From a virus, in the IMG/VR virus record IMGVR_UViG_3300013104_000022, positions 31,259 to 95,258 of that record: a stretch of 64,000 nt of DNA; one strand, given 5' to 3'. Positions within the stretch are counted from its first letter, which is position 1; each line of letters starts with the position of its first letter. A program made the position numbers and the translations under genes. Shown piece by piece: positions 10,220 through 19,364 of the stretch. The notes under the pieces are model-generated. The model did not search any database. It saw only the letters and a list, made by a program, of their open reading frames with translations, and had not been told where the DNA came from.

Positions 10220-11628
10220 TAGTCGTAAACCTTCCACATGGTGAGGTCTTCATTCAGTACGAGGAAATCAAGATTCTTGTCGAATCCGAAGGGGTACGGA
10301 GGAGTCAAGTAGTCAACTTCATACAGTCTAGAGGATCGAACGCCGGGGTCTCTTCTACGAGTTAGATCAGTTGTATGAGTATTGATGTACTCCTCATTCA
10401 AGAAGATCGTAGCCCCTGGCTGGGTGTCCCCAGGGATTCTCAGTGAGAAGGCTTCCCACTCCTGTCCTGGGGTAGGCACAACGTGCACAGTCCAAGACCA
10501 GTTTCGAACAGAGAGAGACAACTGACTGGGAGCAATAAGATTGACTCTGGCCTCGAAGTCTTCCGGCTTTACTGGCTCTTCCAAGAAGGCGTCTGAAGGA
10601 GCTACCAACGTGCCTGACGAATTGATCCAGGCGTGGATTTCCGTGGGTACAAAGGTGATCTCTTCCGGGTAGGCCGTAATAGGAGATCGAACGTCAGGGA
10701 CAAACACGACTCGCCCGAGGACAGGTCGTCCCTGCGGGTTAGGCAAAGAGGCTTCAGTGGCCGACCCTAGAAGGTTGAGGAAATCTCCCCTGACGGTAAA
10801 CTGAGAAACGCTAGGGGGGACGGAAGTCTGGTTTGCAGGAATGACAACTTCAGGCAACTCGATAGGAGGCTTTGGGTTCTCCGTAGGAGGCACGATAGGT
10901 AGGAAAGCCGTAACGCTTGTAGACGGTAGAGAGCCATACCCTCTTCTGATGTTAAAAAGGTTTCCCGCGTAGACACGGAAGTAGTAGCTCTTACCCGGTG
11001 CCAAACCGGACATGGTAGCGGAGGGCGTAGATGTCTGAATCTGAGTAATGGTACCGGACTGGAAGTTAGGCTTTGTGGAGGACTGGACCCAGTATCGAGT
11101 GACGGGGGAGCCGCCGTCGTTCGTAGGAGGCTTCCACGTCAGCTTCACACGGCTCTGGTCGTCCACAGAGGCCTTAAGAGCAGTAGGAGCGCCCGCAGAC
11201 CAAATGACACGCGCCTGGCCCGCTAGAGCGCCCTTCCAGGTGTATGAGAAGCCTACTCCTGTGGTAGTACCTACACCTGTGGATCGCCCGAAACGAATAC
11301 CGCCGCCATTAACGTCAAATCTAATGCTGTGCGTTCCGGGAGCCTTGATAGCGTTCAAGCTCAGCCAACCGGTGTCCTTAGCCTTGGAACTGGCGGCACG
11401 AGAATAGAAGGGCGTGTAGGTGTTGCTGATACCGATACGAATACCTCGTGTGCCGCTGTAGGGGGTAAACCAACCACGGACGTGAGTGATAAGTCCACCT
11501 CGATATCCGTCTGCCATGACCGGACCCTTAGGCATGTTGAAGTAGTTCGTCTGTACCTCGCGGTCGTCCACGACGTAAGAGCCGGTTTCACGGGGATTGA
11601 CCCCACCGGGGAAGTTGTAATCTGGCAT
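10219..11628 (-). CDS. Virion protein: N-domain + FN3 + family A domain
   Basis: One FN3 domain (WKPPTNDGGSPVTRY...YYFRVYAGN); N-domain paralogous to 8744..10219. Confidence 0.8.
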   Translation of the reverse strand: MPDYNFPGGVNPRETGSYVVDDREVQTNYFNMPKGPVMADGYRGGLITHVRGWFTPYSGTRGIRIGISNTYTPFYSRAASSKAKDTGWLSLNAIKAPGTHSIRFDVNGGGIRFGRSTGVGTTTGVGFSYTWKGALAGQARVIWSAGAPTALKASVDDQSRVKLTWKPPTNDGGSPVTRYWVQSSTKPNFQSGTITQIQTSTPSATMSGLAPGKSYYFRVYAGNLFNIRRGYGSLPSTSVTAFLPIVPPTENPKPPIELPEVVIPANQTSVPPSVSQFTVRGDFLNLLGSATEASLPNPQGRPVLGRVVFVPDVRSPITAYPEEITFVPTEIHAWINSSGTLVAPSDAFLEEPVKPEDFEARVNLIAPSQLSLSVRNWSWTVHVVPTPGQEWEAFSLRIPGDTQPGATIFLNEEYINTHTTDLTRRRDPGVRSSRLYEVDYLTPPYPFGFDKNLDFLVLNEDLTMWKVYD

Positions 11629-11631
11629 GTC

Positions 11632-12018
11632 TTACTCCCACGAGTACCATACGGAACCGTTAGGCGCGGCGCTTCCTGGATCAGTCTGCTGGACAAAAAT
11701 ACGAGGAGATTGCTTTACCCACGTTGTGCCATTCCAGAATCGAAGCCAGCCGTTGTCGTCCTCAATGAGAAGACGGCCCACACGGTCGGAGGCAGGGAGA
11801 GCCGTAGAAAGTTCCGTAAGCGCACCCACCTTTTCGAAAATGGCATCCACGAGGGAGCCGTCCGCATCCACCGCTGTCTCGACGGCAGGAGCGATGTCAT
11901 CGAATCCCGCGTAGAGGGTATTGAGGACACCGATGGAAGAAGAGGCAGGGTTGTTGAAAACAACAGCCATAGCGCCGTCTGTGGAGAGCGCTAGGTTACC
12001 AATAAGATGTGCGGCCAT
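11632..12018 (-). CDS. Minor virion protein
   Basis: ATG overlaps the upstream TAA; WNGTTW and VQQTDP...GSVW fibre-type motifs. Confidence 0.6.
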   Translation of the reverse strand: MAAHLIGNLALSTDGAMAVVFNNPASSSIGVLNTLYAGFDDIAPAVETAVDADGSLVDAIFEKVGALTELSTALPASDRVGRLLIEDDNGWLRFWNGTTWVKQSPRIFVQQTDPGSAAPNGSVWYSWE

Positions 12019-13220
12019 TATGCTGTCACTCTCCAATATGCAAGCGTGGGAACTACGAGTAGTGAGTCTCGTTCGGGATCGAAACCAAAGGGGTAAGGAG
12101 GACTGGTGTCTTCAACGATGAATACTCTCTCTGGACGTAGAGCGGTGTCTCGATCCACGACAAGAGATTCATTTAGTGTAATCATATCACCTGGACTCAC
12201 TTCAGAACCCAGATACATCTTGAAGCCTCGCCAGTAGGAACCATCGGCAGGAATGACTTCTACGTTCCAGCCCCAATCGACGCTTGACAGAATCTCTTGA
12301 TTCGGGGCCAAGAGGCGAACGGCAGGATCATAAACCACGGGTACCGAACTCTTACCGTCACCGGGAGAGATGAGTCGTCCGTCCGGATCAATGTGCGCGG
12401 TAATGCTCGTAGGAACTAGAGTCAGCCCTGTCGTCGTGTCCGTAATGGGGGTGGTAATTGTCGGCTTAAACACCACCGTACCTTCGATGGGTCGCATTTG
12501 AATGCGTCCGGGGGAGAAGATAGGTGAAAGAGAAGTAGCCACGGAGATAGAGTTATCTGCCGGTCCCTCCCAGACGTACTTTACGAACTCGGAGCTAATA
12601 GAGCTACCGCTGAACCAGCTACCTTCTGTGAGTCCGTCTTCGATAAGAAGTCGTCGTGCTCTCAACGCAAATCCAGAAGTCTGAGGCGTGAAGTTGGAAG
12701 AAGCATCCGTAGGAACAATAGCCAACTCTAGGTTCTTTGCGGCAATGTTGTTAGGAACGGTCCACTGGATTACTACCTTCTCGGGACTTCCCACAACAGC
12801 GGGGCGGGTAACCTCTGCACCGAGACGGTGATACACATTGCCAGTTCTCACATGAGGGAAAACCGTAATGTGAGAGGCAGAACCGGCGTCGTCCACAACG
12901 TACTCTACGGAAAGGGTTACTTTATCCCCAGTTACGTATGCCTTCTCTGAGACATCCGTGAAAACGTAGGGGGTGGCAAGAAGCTGTCCAATATCGAGGA
13001 CGCCGCCGAACCACTCGTCTTCGTACGCGAGTAGACCCACCGAAGCATCCCAGCCCGCCGTGCTGACGGGAGAGGGGTTAGTGACGTAGTTCTTTCTAAT
13101 TCCTGTTGTAGGAAAAGAACCCTGTCCGGGTACTTGAGCGAGCAAGTTGAGGAAGCTACCTGTCACCGTGAAATAACCTAGGTGCTCAGGAAGCGCCTTC
13201 TGGTTGAATGGAATGGACAC
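12018..13220 (-). CDS. Virion protein: family A domain with an inserted carbohydrate-binding-like domain
   Basis: RKNYVTNPS...GW...W.G.ADNS.S jelly-roll-like insert within the family A domain; late promoter upstream. Confidence 0.65.
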   Translation of the reverse strand: MSIPFNQKALPEHLGYFTVTGSFLNLLAQVPGQGSFPTTGIRKNYVTNPSPVSTAGWDASVGLLAYEDEWFGGVLDIGQLLATPYVFTDVSEKAYVTGDKVTLSVEYVVDDAGSASHITVFPHVRTGNVYHRLGAEVTRPAVVGSPEKVVIQWTVPNNIAAKNLELAIVPTDASSNFTPQTSGFALRARRLLIEDGLTEGSWFSGSSISSEFVKYVWEGPADNSISVATSLSPIFSPGRIQMRPIEGTVVFKPTITTPITDTTTGLTLVPTSITAHIDPDGRLISPGDGKSSVPVVYDPAVRLLAPNQEILSSVDWGWNVEVIPADGSYWRGFKMYLGSEVSPGDMITLNESLVVDRDTALRPERVFIVEDTSPPYPFGFDPERDSLLVVPTLAYWRVTA

Positions 13221-13261
13221 AGTGACTCCTCGGGCTAAAAACCTCTACAAATACTATCGTC

Positions 13262-13741
13262 TTACTCTAGCCACCGGACGGGAACGACAATGAGGTGAGA
13301 ATAGTTGAGGTTTCTGGCTACTGCGGTATTGCGTCGGAAGGATAGTCGAAAGTTCGTCGTTCCTACAGGAAGAACAAAGGGCTTGCTTCCTGAAACATGA
13401 ACGTTGTCGGTCGATGTAGAAAAGGGGGTAAAAGCGAACCTCACTGTGCCGTCTGGCAACTTATCAGGGTCAACGTCGAGCGCCCCCGTTACGTCAACAC
13501 CCACCATAGAGTAGCCACCGGTAGCTCCTACAGACACACCGCCGTAGTGTGCGACGACTTCCAGAGGTCTGTCCAACTCTCCAAAGGAGAGGTCTACTGT
13601 ACCTGGAACCGGACCCCAAACCGTCGCCGCAGTATCGATAACCGCCGTGCTGGCACCGAAATCTTGAAGTACGGGCGGAAGTTGAAGGTTGTTCAAACGC
13701 TCTTCGAGGACAAGGGGGATGGAGGGAACTCTAACTTCCAC
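13262..13741 (-). CDS. Minor virion protein (beta-sandwich)
   Basis: 159 aa, RBS GGAG, in the structural operon. Confidence 0.55.
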   Translation of the reverse strand: MEVRVPSIPLVLEERLNNLQLPPVLQDFGASTAVIDTAATVWGPVPGTVDLSFGELDRPLEVVAHYGGVSVGATGGYSMVGVDVTGALDVDPDKLPDGTVRFAFTPFSTSTDNVHVSGSKPFVLPVGTTNFRLSFRRNTAVARNLNYSHLIVVPVRWLE

Positions 13742-13750
13742 GATTACTCC

Positions 13751-14224
13751 TTAGAGGACGACGACAGGTGCAGTACCCATCCATTCGCCGCCAGGAATTC
13801 TAATCCAGTCCGTCTGTGGCAACACATAGATATCGACGGTCTTAGGGTCACCCGCCGTGGTGTTGGCATACGGAGTGGCCGCGAACTGTACAAGTGTACC
13901 AGCAAAATCAGAAGGAGTGCGCAAAGTTAGTACAGCGCCGACCGCGGAGTAAGGAACGGAAGGTCCGCCTACTTGCACCCAAGACCATCCGGTGACGGGG
14001 ACGGACCCCGACGCCGCAGTGGCGGTCACCGTCATAGAGACCTCAGGCTCGGAAGTTCGATTCGAGAAATTGGCGGCAGTTGGCTTTACACCGGCCACAA
14101 CGGAGTATCCCGCGAGGCGAACCTTGGGGGTGGGAAGTGTACCGTCAACGGAGTACCCTGACAGACGGACACGAGGGATCGTGACCGTCCGTACAGAGTA
14201 TCCAGATGCTCGAACTTGAGTCAT
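13751..14224 (-). CDS. Minor virion protein with Ig/PKD-like domain
   Basis: Three VR(A/L)(S/A)GYSV repeats, then a WSWVQVGGP PKD-like motif. Confidence 0.6.
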   Translation of the reverse strand: MTQVRASGYSVRTVTIPRVRLSGYSVDGTLPTPKVRLAGYSVVAGVKPTAANFSNRTSEPEVSMTVTATAASGSVPVTGWSWVQVGGPSVPYSAVGAVLTLRTPSDFAGTLVQFAATPYANTTAGDPKTVDIYVLPQTDWIRIPGGEWMGTAPVVVL

Positions 14225-15588
14225 TAGTCGTCTACCTGTAGCTCAATCCAGATGTTGTTCATATCAGTAAAGGTAGCGATAACAGATTCCTCTACGGCCA
14301 CGACGACATCCGTTGCGGTGGTTGTCAGCGTGAGTGGATAAGACTCTCGGAGAGAGTTACCCTGCTTGAGGTTCAACTGTGCGGTCGCGGAACCGGAGTC
14401 GGTCTTTCTCAACTGAAGGACAGTGATTTCGAAAGATGCTCGGTTACCCATGGGGACGAGACGGTGACTCGTGTACTGAGAAGTGACAGTTACAGCGGCA
14501 GACTCGATGCCTGTTGCGTTGTTGCTGTCACTCAGTGCGGCGGAAGGGTTGGCCGCTCCTCCGAAGACTGTGAAGACCGCTCCACCTGTGGTGTAACCCT
14601 TACCGCTGTCGTCGGGGAGTACCGTAATAGGAGAGGACGACGTAGGGATACGTACCTCTGTTGTAGAGGTTGCCGTTGCTCCACCGTTGTCCGTTACAAC
14701 ACACTTGAGCACGACGAGATTACCTGCCGCAGGAGAGGTAAAGCTCACATTTGCGGTAGTAGAACCCGAAAGAGTCGGCGCGGTTGTAGAACTGTAATCC
14801 ACGGTCCAGAGGTAGGACGAGATCGTACCGTCAGAGTCGCTTGCGGTAGCCGTAGCGTTGACGGTTACGCCCGCAGACACGTTCTGGTTGGCCGTGAGAG
14901 ACAGCGTAGGAGCCGCGTTGACCTGAGGGCCAATGTAGGTCGTCGTGCCGTCTGCGAACGCGAGAGCGTCAATGTAGAAGTTCGCCCATGTACCGAAGGC
15001 GGCAGTACGTCCGAATCGGATTCGACCGATGTTTGCAGTACCGAAGTTCTGTGCGGTGAGGTTTGCCGAAAGACCACTGATAGGAGTGAGGCTGTCCCCC
15101 ACGTACCAGTCCACCTTCATCGTACCCGTTGTGGAGACACCGTTGGTGATCGATCCCTCAACACGGAGCCATGTAGCGGCAGGAATGTTCGGGCTTGCCG
15201 TAAATACGACGGTACCTGCCGAGTCCTGAATCTGGTAGTCTCCACCGTTACGCACGAGGATGTGTGCAAGGGTGGTACCTCCACCGGCTGTCAGGATACG
15301 AATGAATCCGTTACCCGCCGTAGGAAGGGTTGGCATATAGACGTACGCACGGAAAGCCGCCGAAGCCGCCGCCGTGGGTAGCCACTCGACATACTGTGCG
15401 TCCGTACCGTTTGTAACAAACTTGTACGAAAGAGAGCCTTCAGAAGCTTGCTCATTCGAGAAGTTGATTGCAGAGGAACCCGCAATGGATACGGTAGCAA
15501 AAGCGGTACCACTAGTACCGCCCGTGTTGGCGGTAGTAGCGGCAGTTGCGTTAGTGCCGCCGTTGGCGGTGTTTCTAATGGTAGCCAT
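14224..15588 (-). CDS. Virion protein, lectin/LamG-like + PKD/Ig domain
   Basis: Thr/Ala-rich; W.RVE and YID motifs; N.AP...ASDSDGTISSYLW...VTDNGGAT PKD motif. Confidence 0.7.
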   Translation of the reverse strand: MATIRNTANGGTNATAATTANTGGTSGTAFATVSIAGSSAINFSNEQASEGSLSYKFVTNGTDAQYVEWLPTAAASAAFRAYVYMPTLPTAGNGFIRILTAGGGTTLAHILVRNGGDYQIQDSAGTVVFTASPNIPAATWLRVEGSITNGVSTTGTMKVDWYVGDSLTPISGLSANLTAQNFGTANIGRIRFGRTAAFGTWANFYIDALAFADGTTTYIGPQVNAAPTLSLTANQNVSAGVTVNATATASDSDGTISSYLWTVDYSSTTAPTLSGSTTANVSFTSPAAGNLVVLKCVVTDNGGATATSTTEVRIPTSSSPITVLPDDSGKGYTTGGAVFTVFGGAANPSAALSDSNNATGIESAAVTVTSQYTSHRLVPMGNRASFEITVLQLRKTDSGSATAQLNLKQGNSLRESYPLTLTTTATDVVVAVEESVIATFTDMNNIWIELQVDD

Positions 15589-15597
15589 GAATTATCC

Positions 15598-16857
15598 TTA
15601 GAGGCTCGTCATGCTAGAAGCTGGGTAGATGTCCGAAGAGCCGCCCGTGTTGGCCTTGAAGCCGGGACGTGCGGTCCAGGACTCGCCGGTGCGCTTGGTA
15701 GCTCCGAAGACAGCTACGCGGGCGGTACCCGAGCGAGAGATCATTGGAACGCTCTCGGCCATAGTTCCCTTGTAGAAGTTGGGGCTGTGGAAGTTCCACT
15801 CGCCCGCCTTCACGTCAATGACGCCTAGGTGGTCTGCTGGGGGCTGAGCCATGGCCTGTCCGAAGTTACCTCCGTAGAAGGCACCTGATCCACCCTCGAT
15901 GCGGATAACGCTACCAGGGTTAGCGAGAGTAAGAGCACCGTTTCCAGAAGGAACACCGGAGGGCTTGTAACCTTCGTACACACCGCCGAAGAACTGAAGA
16001 CCGTCACTGTTTCCGGTGATTCGGAGGCAGTTGTATCCGTTCAATCCAGAAAGATACATGTAACCGACGTTGGTGTTGGAAAGTCCAGCGAATTGAGCGT
16101 AGAACTTGGTGTTGTCACCGGAAAGGGAACCGGACTGTCCGGTACCCATGTTGATATAACCATCCATCCAAAGCTGGTTGTCTGATCCGCCGATGGTGAA
16201 CTGCTGATCCCAGGCGTTGTTGGCGGTCCAGTGGCCCGAGAACTCGACCTGAGTCATGGCGGCAGTAGAACCGGGACGACCGATGATGTGCTTGAAGAGG
16301 TTGAATCCAAGGTTCTCAAAGCGGCAGGAGTAGAGTCCGGGAGCCGTAGACATAGGCTGTTCCCAGAACTGCACGTTGGATGAACCTTCGAATCCGATGT
16401 CAGCGATGTAGACGTTGTAGACAGCACCCGCTCCTACGAACCAGGAGGATGCCGCGTTACCGCAACGAAGCTTTACAAAAGATGAAACAAACTTACCGGA
16501 GGAAAGCTCGGGGTTTCGGTTACCACCGGGGCCACCGACGATCTTCATACCGGAGAAGGGAACGCGACCTCCCTGAGAGAAGGTAGGGACACGAGTCGTC
16601 GGCATCATAATGGCCGGAATCTGTGTCTGTGCGGCGGCGTAAGAAAGCGCGGCTGTGAGCTTAGCGTCGTCGGATGCTCCTGCGAAGGAGTCCAGTGCGG
16701 CACCTCCGTAGATACCTGAGGCACCGCTCGATGCGGCGAGAGCGGCATCCGCTGTAGAAGCGGCATTTGCAATACCGTCTTCAATAGCGTTCAAGTTGGC
16801 GGCGTTGATGTAAGGGGCGTTGTCATTAACAAACGGCCCGCGCTTAGTGTAAGCCAT
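15598..16857 (-). CDS. Tailspike/depolymerase-like beta-helix protein
   Basis: N-terminal INAANLNAIEDGI anchor, DD..L.AA start of a beta-helix, Gly/Asn-rich body. Confidence 0.6.
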   Translation of the reverse strand: MAYTKRGPFVNDNAPYINAANLNAIEDGIANAASTADAALAASSGASGIYGGAALDSFAGASDDAKLTAALSYAAAQTQIPAIMMPTTRVPTFSQGGRVPFSGMKIVGGPGGNRNPELSSGKFVSSFVKLRCGNAASSWFVGAGAVYNVYIADIGFEGSSNVQFWEQPMSTAPGLYSCRFENLGFNLFKHIIGRPGSTAAMTQVEFSGHWTANNAWDQQFTIGGSDNQLWMDGYINMGTGQSGSLSGDNTKFYAQFAGLSNTNVGYMYLSGLNGYNCLRITGNSDGLQFFGGVYEGYKPSGVPSGNGALTLANPGSVIRIEGGSGAFYGGNFGQAMAQPPADHLGVIDVKAGEWNFHSPNFYKGTMAESVPMISRSGTARVAVFGATKRTGESWTARPGFKANTGGSSDIYPASSMTSL

Positions 16858-16858
16858 G

Positions 16859-16993
16859 TCAGCCTCCGGCTGGAACTAGGGTAGCAGTGGGAACAAGAGT
16901 AGCGGTTGGAACAAGAGCGACATAACCGACAAGAGTTTCCCTGCCGGGGCACACCCAAGGGATGTCTGGATAGAGTCTGGAATATGTAGCCAT
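16859..16993 (-). CDS. 44-aa micro-protein with LVPTAT repeats (not in ORF track)
   Basis: MATYSRLYPDIPWVCPGRETLVGYVALVPTATLVPTATLVPAGG; fills the gap between neighbours almost exactly. Confidence 0.6.
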   Translation of the reverse strand: MATYSRLYPDIPWVCPGRETLVGYVALVPTATLVPTATLVPAGG

Positions 16994-16995
16994 GA

Positions 16996-17283
16996 TTATG
17001 CGAGTCCCGGTACTGCCGTGTAAAGATCAACTACTCCGTTAATCGATGCCCCCATGTAGGGTTCTGGCCCGATGAACCACCTAGTCACTGTGCCGGTGGG
17101 TGGCGTTGCCGCCGATGTTGGATATGCGTCCAAAGAGGTATTCCAGATGACCATGAACAGTCTTCCGGTCTCAAGTACGCCCGCGCGCGAGTCCAGGTTG
17201 TTGACAGCCTGAGCTAGCGATACGTGGTGCTCAACGTGGTTACCGTCGCCTACAGCCAGGGTCTCGTCAATGTTGTAAGGCAT
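16996..17283 (-). CDS. Small virion protein
   Basis: 95 aa, H..HH..L...VN motif, TAATG coupling to the upstream ORF. Confidence 0.6.
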   Translation of the reverse strand: MPYNIDETLAVGDGNHVEHHVSLAQAVNNLDSRAGVLETGRLFMVIWNTSLDAYPTSAATPPTGTVTRWFIGPEPYMGASINGVVDLYTAVPGLA

Positions 17284-17420
17284 TAGAAGTTCTCCCGGAA
17301 TGTAGCGGTGAAGAGGTTACCATTACTATCGGCATACTCCCAAATAAGCTCTGAACCGATGTATACCTTGGTAACCTGTTCAGTGCCAACTTTCACATTC
17401 TGCCATACTTGAGCGGCCAT
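17283..17420 (-). CDS. 45-aa micro-protein (not in ORF track)
   Basis: MAAQVWQNVKVGTEQVTKVYIGSELIWEYADSNGNLFTATFRENF; the VG...V.KVY.G..LIW motif is common in fibre-associated peptides. Confidence 0.65.
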   Translation of the reverse strand: MAAQVWQNVKVGTEQVTKVYIGSELIWEYADSNGNLFTATFRENF

Positions 17421-17421
17421 G

Positions 17422-18123
17422 TTACTCTTCTTCCTTCAAGATGTAGAGAACTCCGTCTTGAGGAGTAATCAGGATGTACTGTTCGGGAGTCAGTACCTCA
17501 ATGTTTGTGATACCGGTAGAAGTGACAGCACCGGTCGGGTTCTCTCCGGGGTCTCCCTTAAGAGAGGCAAGCCACTGGGCCTGGCTCCCCACGAATCCGT
17601 TGGCGAGGGCAACTGCGTAGGCAGAGTTTCCGGGGTCTCCCTTCGGTCCTGGCACCGTAGATGCGGTTCCGGGATCGCCCTTAGGTCCGGGAACGGTCGA
17701 TGCCGCGCCGTCAGCGCCCTTCAGAGAGGCTAGCCACTGAGTCTGGGTACCCGAGTACCCGCCTGCTTGTGCAAGCTCGTAGGCGGACTTACCAGAGGGT
17801 CCAGGGATGGTAGAAGCGTCTCCGGGATCGCCCTTTGGGCCGGGTAGAAGCTCCACAGCGGCGATTGCGTCTTCTAGCTCTTGAGGGGTTACGCCCTCTA
17901 GTGGGTGAGTCGCTAGATAGCTCTCAATAGCTTGAGCAATAACCTCGCTAGACAATCCTCCGTCAATGCTGACTCCGGGAAGGTCAACCCACGCGGACGT
18001 TCCATTGCCTACTTTTAGGACGCGAGCTTCTAGATCGAAGCCGGGTTCTCCTGATTCAAGAACAGGATTTCGATCAATCCAAGCGTCGGAATCTCCACGA
18101 CGAAAGAGAATCTTGGTGATCAC
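17422..18123 (-). CDS. Collagen-like fibre protein
   Basis: RRG....W...NPVL..GEPG N-domain, GPKGDPG triplets, two SAY..A...G..G...QWLASLKG repeats. Confidence 0.85.
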   Translation of the reverse strand: MITKILFRRGDSDAWIDRNPVLESGEPGFDLEARVLKVGNGTSAWVDLPGVSIDGGLSSEVIAQAIESYLATHPLEGVTPQELEDAIAAVELLPGPKGDPGDASTIPGPSGKSAYELAQAGGYSGTQTQWLASLKGADGAASTVPGPKGDPGTASTVPGPKGDPGNSAYAVALANGFVGSQAQWLASLKGDPGENPTGAVTSTGITNIEVLTPEQYILITPQDGVLYILKEEE

Positions 18124-18674
18124 GGGGTGCCTCCGTCATACACGCCGTCGAACCCTGCACCGAACCCGTCTGACGGGTCTTGCTGTAGCCAGCCACTCTG
18201 ATCCATGTCGGCGGGACCGAGGAGGTATCCGGTACCATCACCTTGAGGGACGACAACTCCGTCTCTCTCAAATGCTCCAATTCCACCCATTGTCTGGCCC
18301 ACAAGGTTCCCTAGGCCACATTGGCCCAGTTCTTCCACTGCGAGGTCGAACCAGAGAAGGTCCGTCTTCTCCCGGCGAGTAATCTTGCTCACCATCTTGG
18401 AGTAGGAGTACGAACCGATGGACTCTGAGGAGAAGGGAGCGGCTAGCTTCTCTGCATATGGCTGAGAAAGAACAAAGTAGTCTGCTAGCTGGTAGACGGC
18501 CTTGGTGGCTACGAGAGCGTCGTCGGCGTCCTCTGGGAGACTCTTGAGGCAAGTAGCCTTCTTGAAGAAAAGGAGAGCCTGTTCAAGGGCTTCCGTTGCA
18601 TAATCGGTAAAGCTGTTCGCTGGACGCCCAGTGAACTTAGCTAGACCGGCTACGTCAAATTCTGGAAATGCCAT
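18120..18674 (-). CDS. Head-to-tail adaptor
   Basis: SESIGSYSYS motif; position after the capsid genes. Confidence 0.8.
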   Translation of the reverse strand: MAFPEFDVAGLAKFTGRPANSFTDYATEALEQALLFFKKATCLKSLPEDADDALVATKAVYQLADYFVLSQPYAEKLAAPFSSESIGSYSYSKMVSKITRREKTDLLWFDLAVEELGQCGLGNLVGQTMGGIGAFERDGVVVPQGDGTGYLLGPADMDQSGWLQQDPSDGFGAGFDGVYDGGTP

Positions 18675-18698
18675 TTGAACAGGCCCGTCCTCTTAGTC

Positions 18699-19247
18699 TT
18701 AGCGGGTAGGAGTGGCTACCGCAATCTTGTTACGGCGAGCTTCGGCCTTCGCCGCCTCTTCCGCGTCCTTCATTGTCTGATCGTCACTGTCCACGGACAC
18801 ACCCCACGGAAGGAAGGGCCACGGGCCGCGAGCGAACTTCTGACCGCCGAAACGTAGTACCTGCTCACGCGGGTCGTCTAGGAGGTCTAGCCAGCTATGG
18901 CCGTCACGATCAAATGTGGAGTTATACGCTTCCCCGCCCACTTCGAAAGTGAGTTCCTGGCCGCGATACCATACCTGCCCGAGAGCGGTGTGACCGTCCT
19001 CTAGGAAGTGAATGGTGAGGTATTCTTTTTCTTCAGCCGGTGCTTCTGTTTCGGCCTTCTTGTACTTACGTGCTCGAAGAGCTTCAAGCTTAGCTAGTAG
19101 CGCGGCTTCTTCGTCTTCGTTAAATTCTTCTTCTTCGTCTTCCTCAGCCTCGGGAGGAGTGCTTAGGTCTTCCGGAGTAATCTTCAGAAGATCGTCCAAG
19201 TTCTCTTCCTTGAACTGAGGTGTTGGCTTCTTACTAGGCATTTTCAT
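18699..19247 (-). CDS. Hypothetical protein, acidic N-terminus
   Basis: 182 aa with its own late promoter copy at 19257-19266. Confidence 0.6.
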   Translation of the reverse strand: MKMPSKKPTPQFKEENLDDLLKITPEDLSTPPEAEEDEEEEFNEDEEAALLAKLEALRARKYKKAETEAPAEEKEYLTIHFLEDGHTALGQVWYRGQELTFEVGGEAYNSTFDRDGHSWLDLLDDPREQVLRFGGQKFARGPWPFLPWGVSVDSDDQTMKDAEEAAKAEARRNKIAVATPTR

Positions 19248-19310
19248 CCTCGCTAATACTATCGTCCCGGACGGGCACCTTTAGTCTACTACATTCTACC
19301 TTATATTGCA

Positions 19311-19352
19311 GTAAAACGAGAAAACCCCCCTGATTTCTCAGGGGGGTTTCTC
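19311..19352 (-). terminator. Intrinsic terminator after the major capsid gene
   Basis: GAGAAAACCCCCCTGA-TTTC-TCAGGGGGGTTTCTC hairpin with a U tract on the minus strand. Confidence 0.85.
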
Positions 19353-19364
19353 TAGGAACTAACC

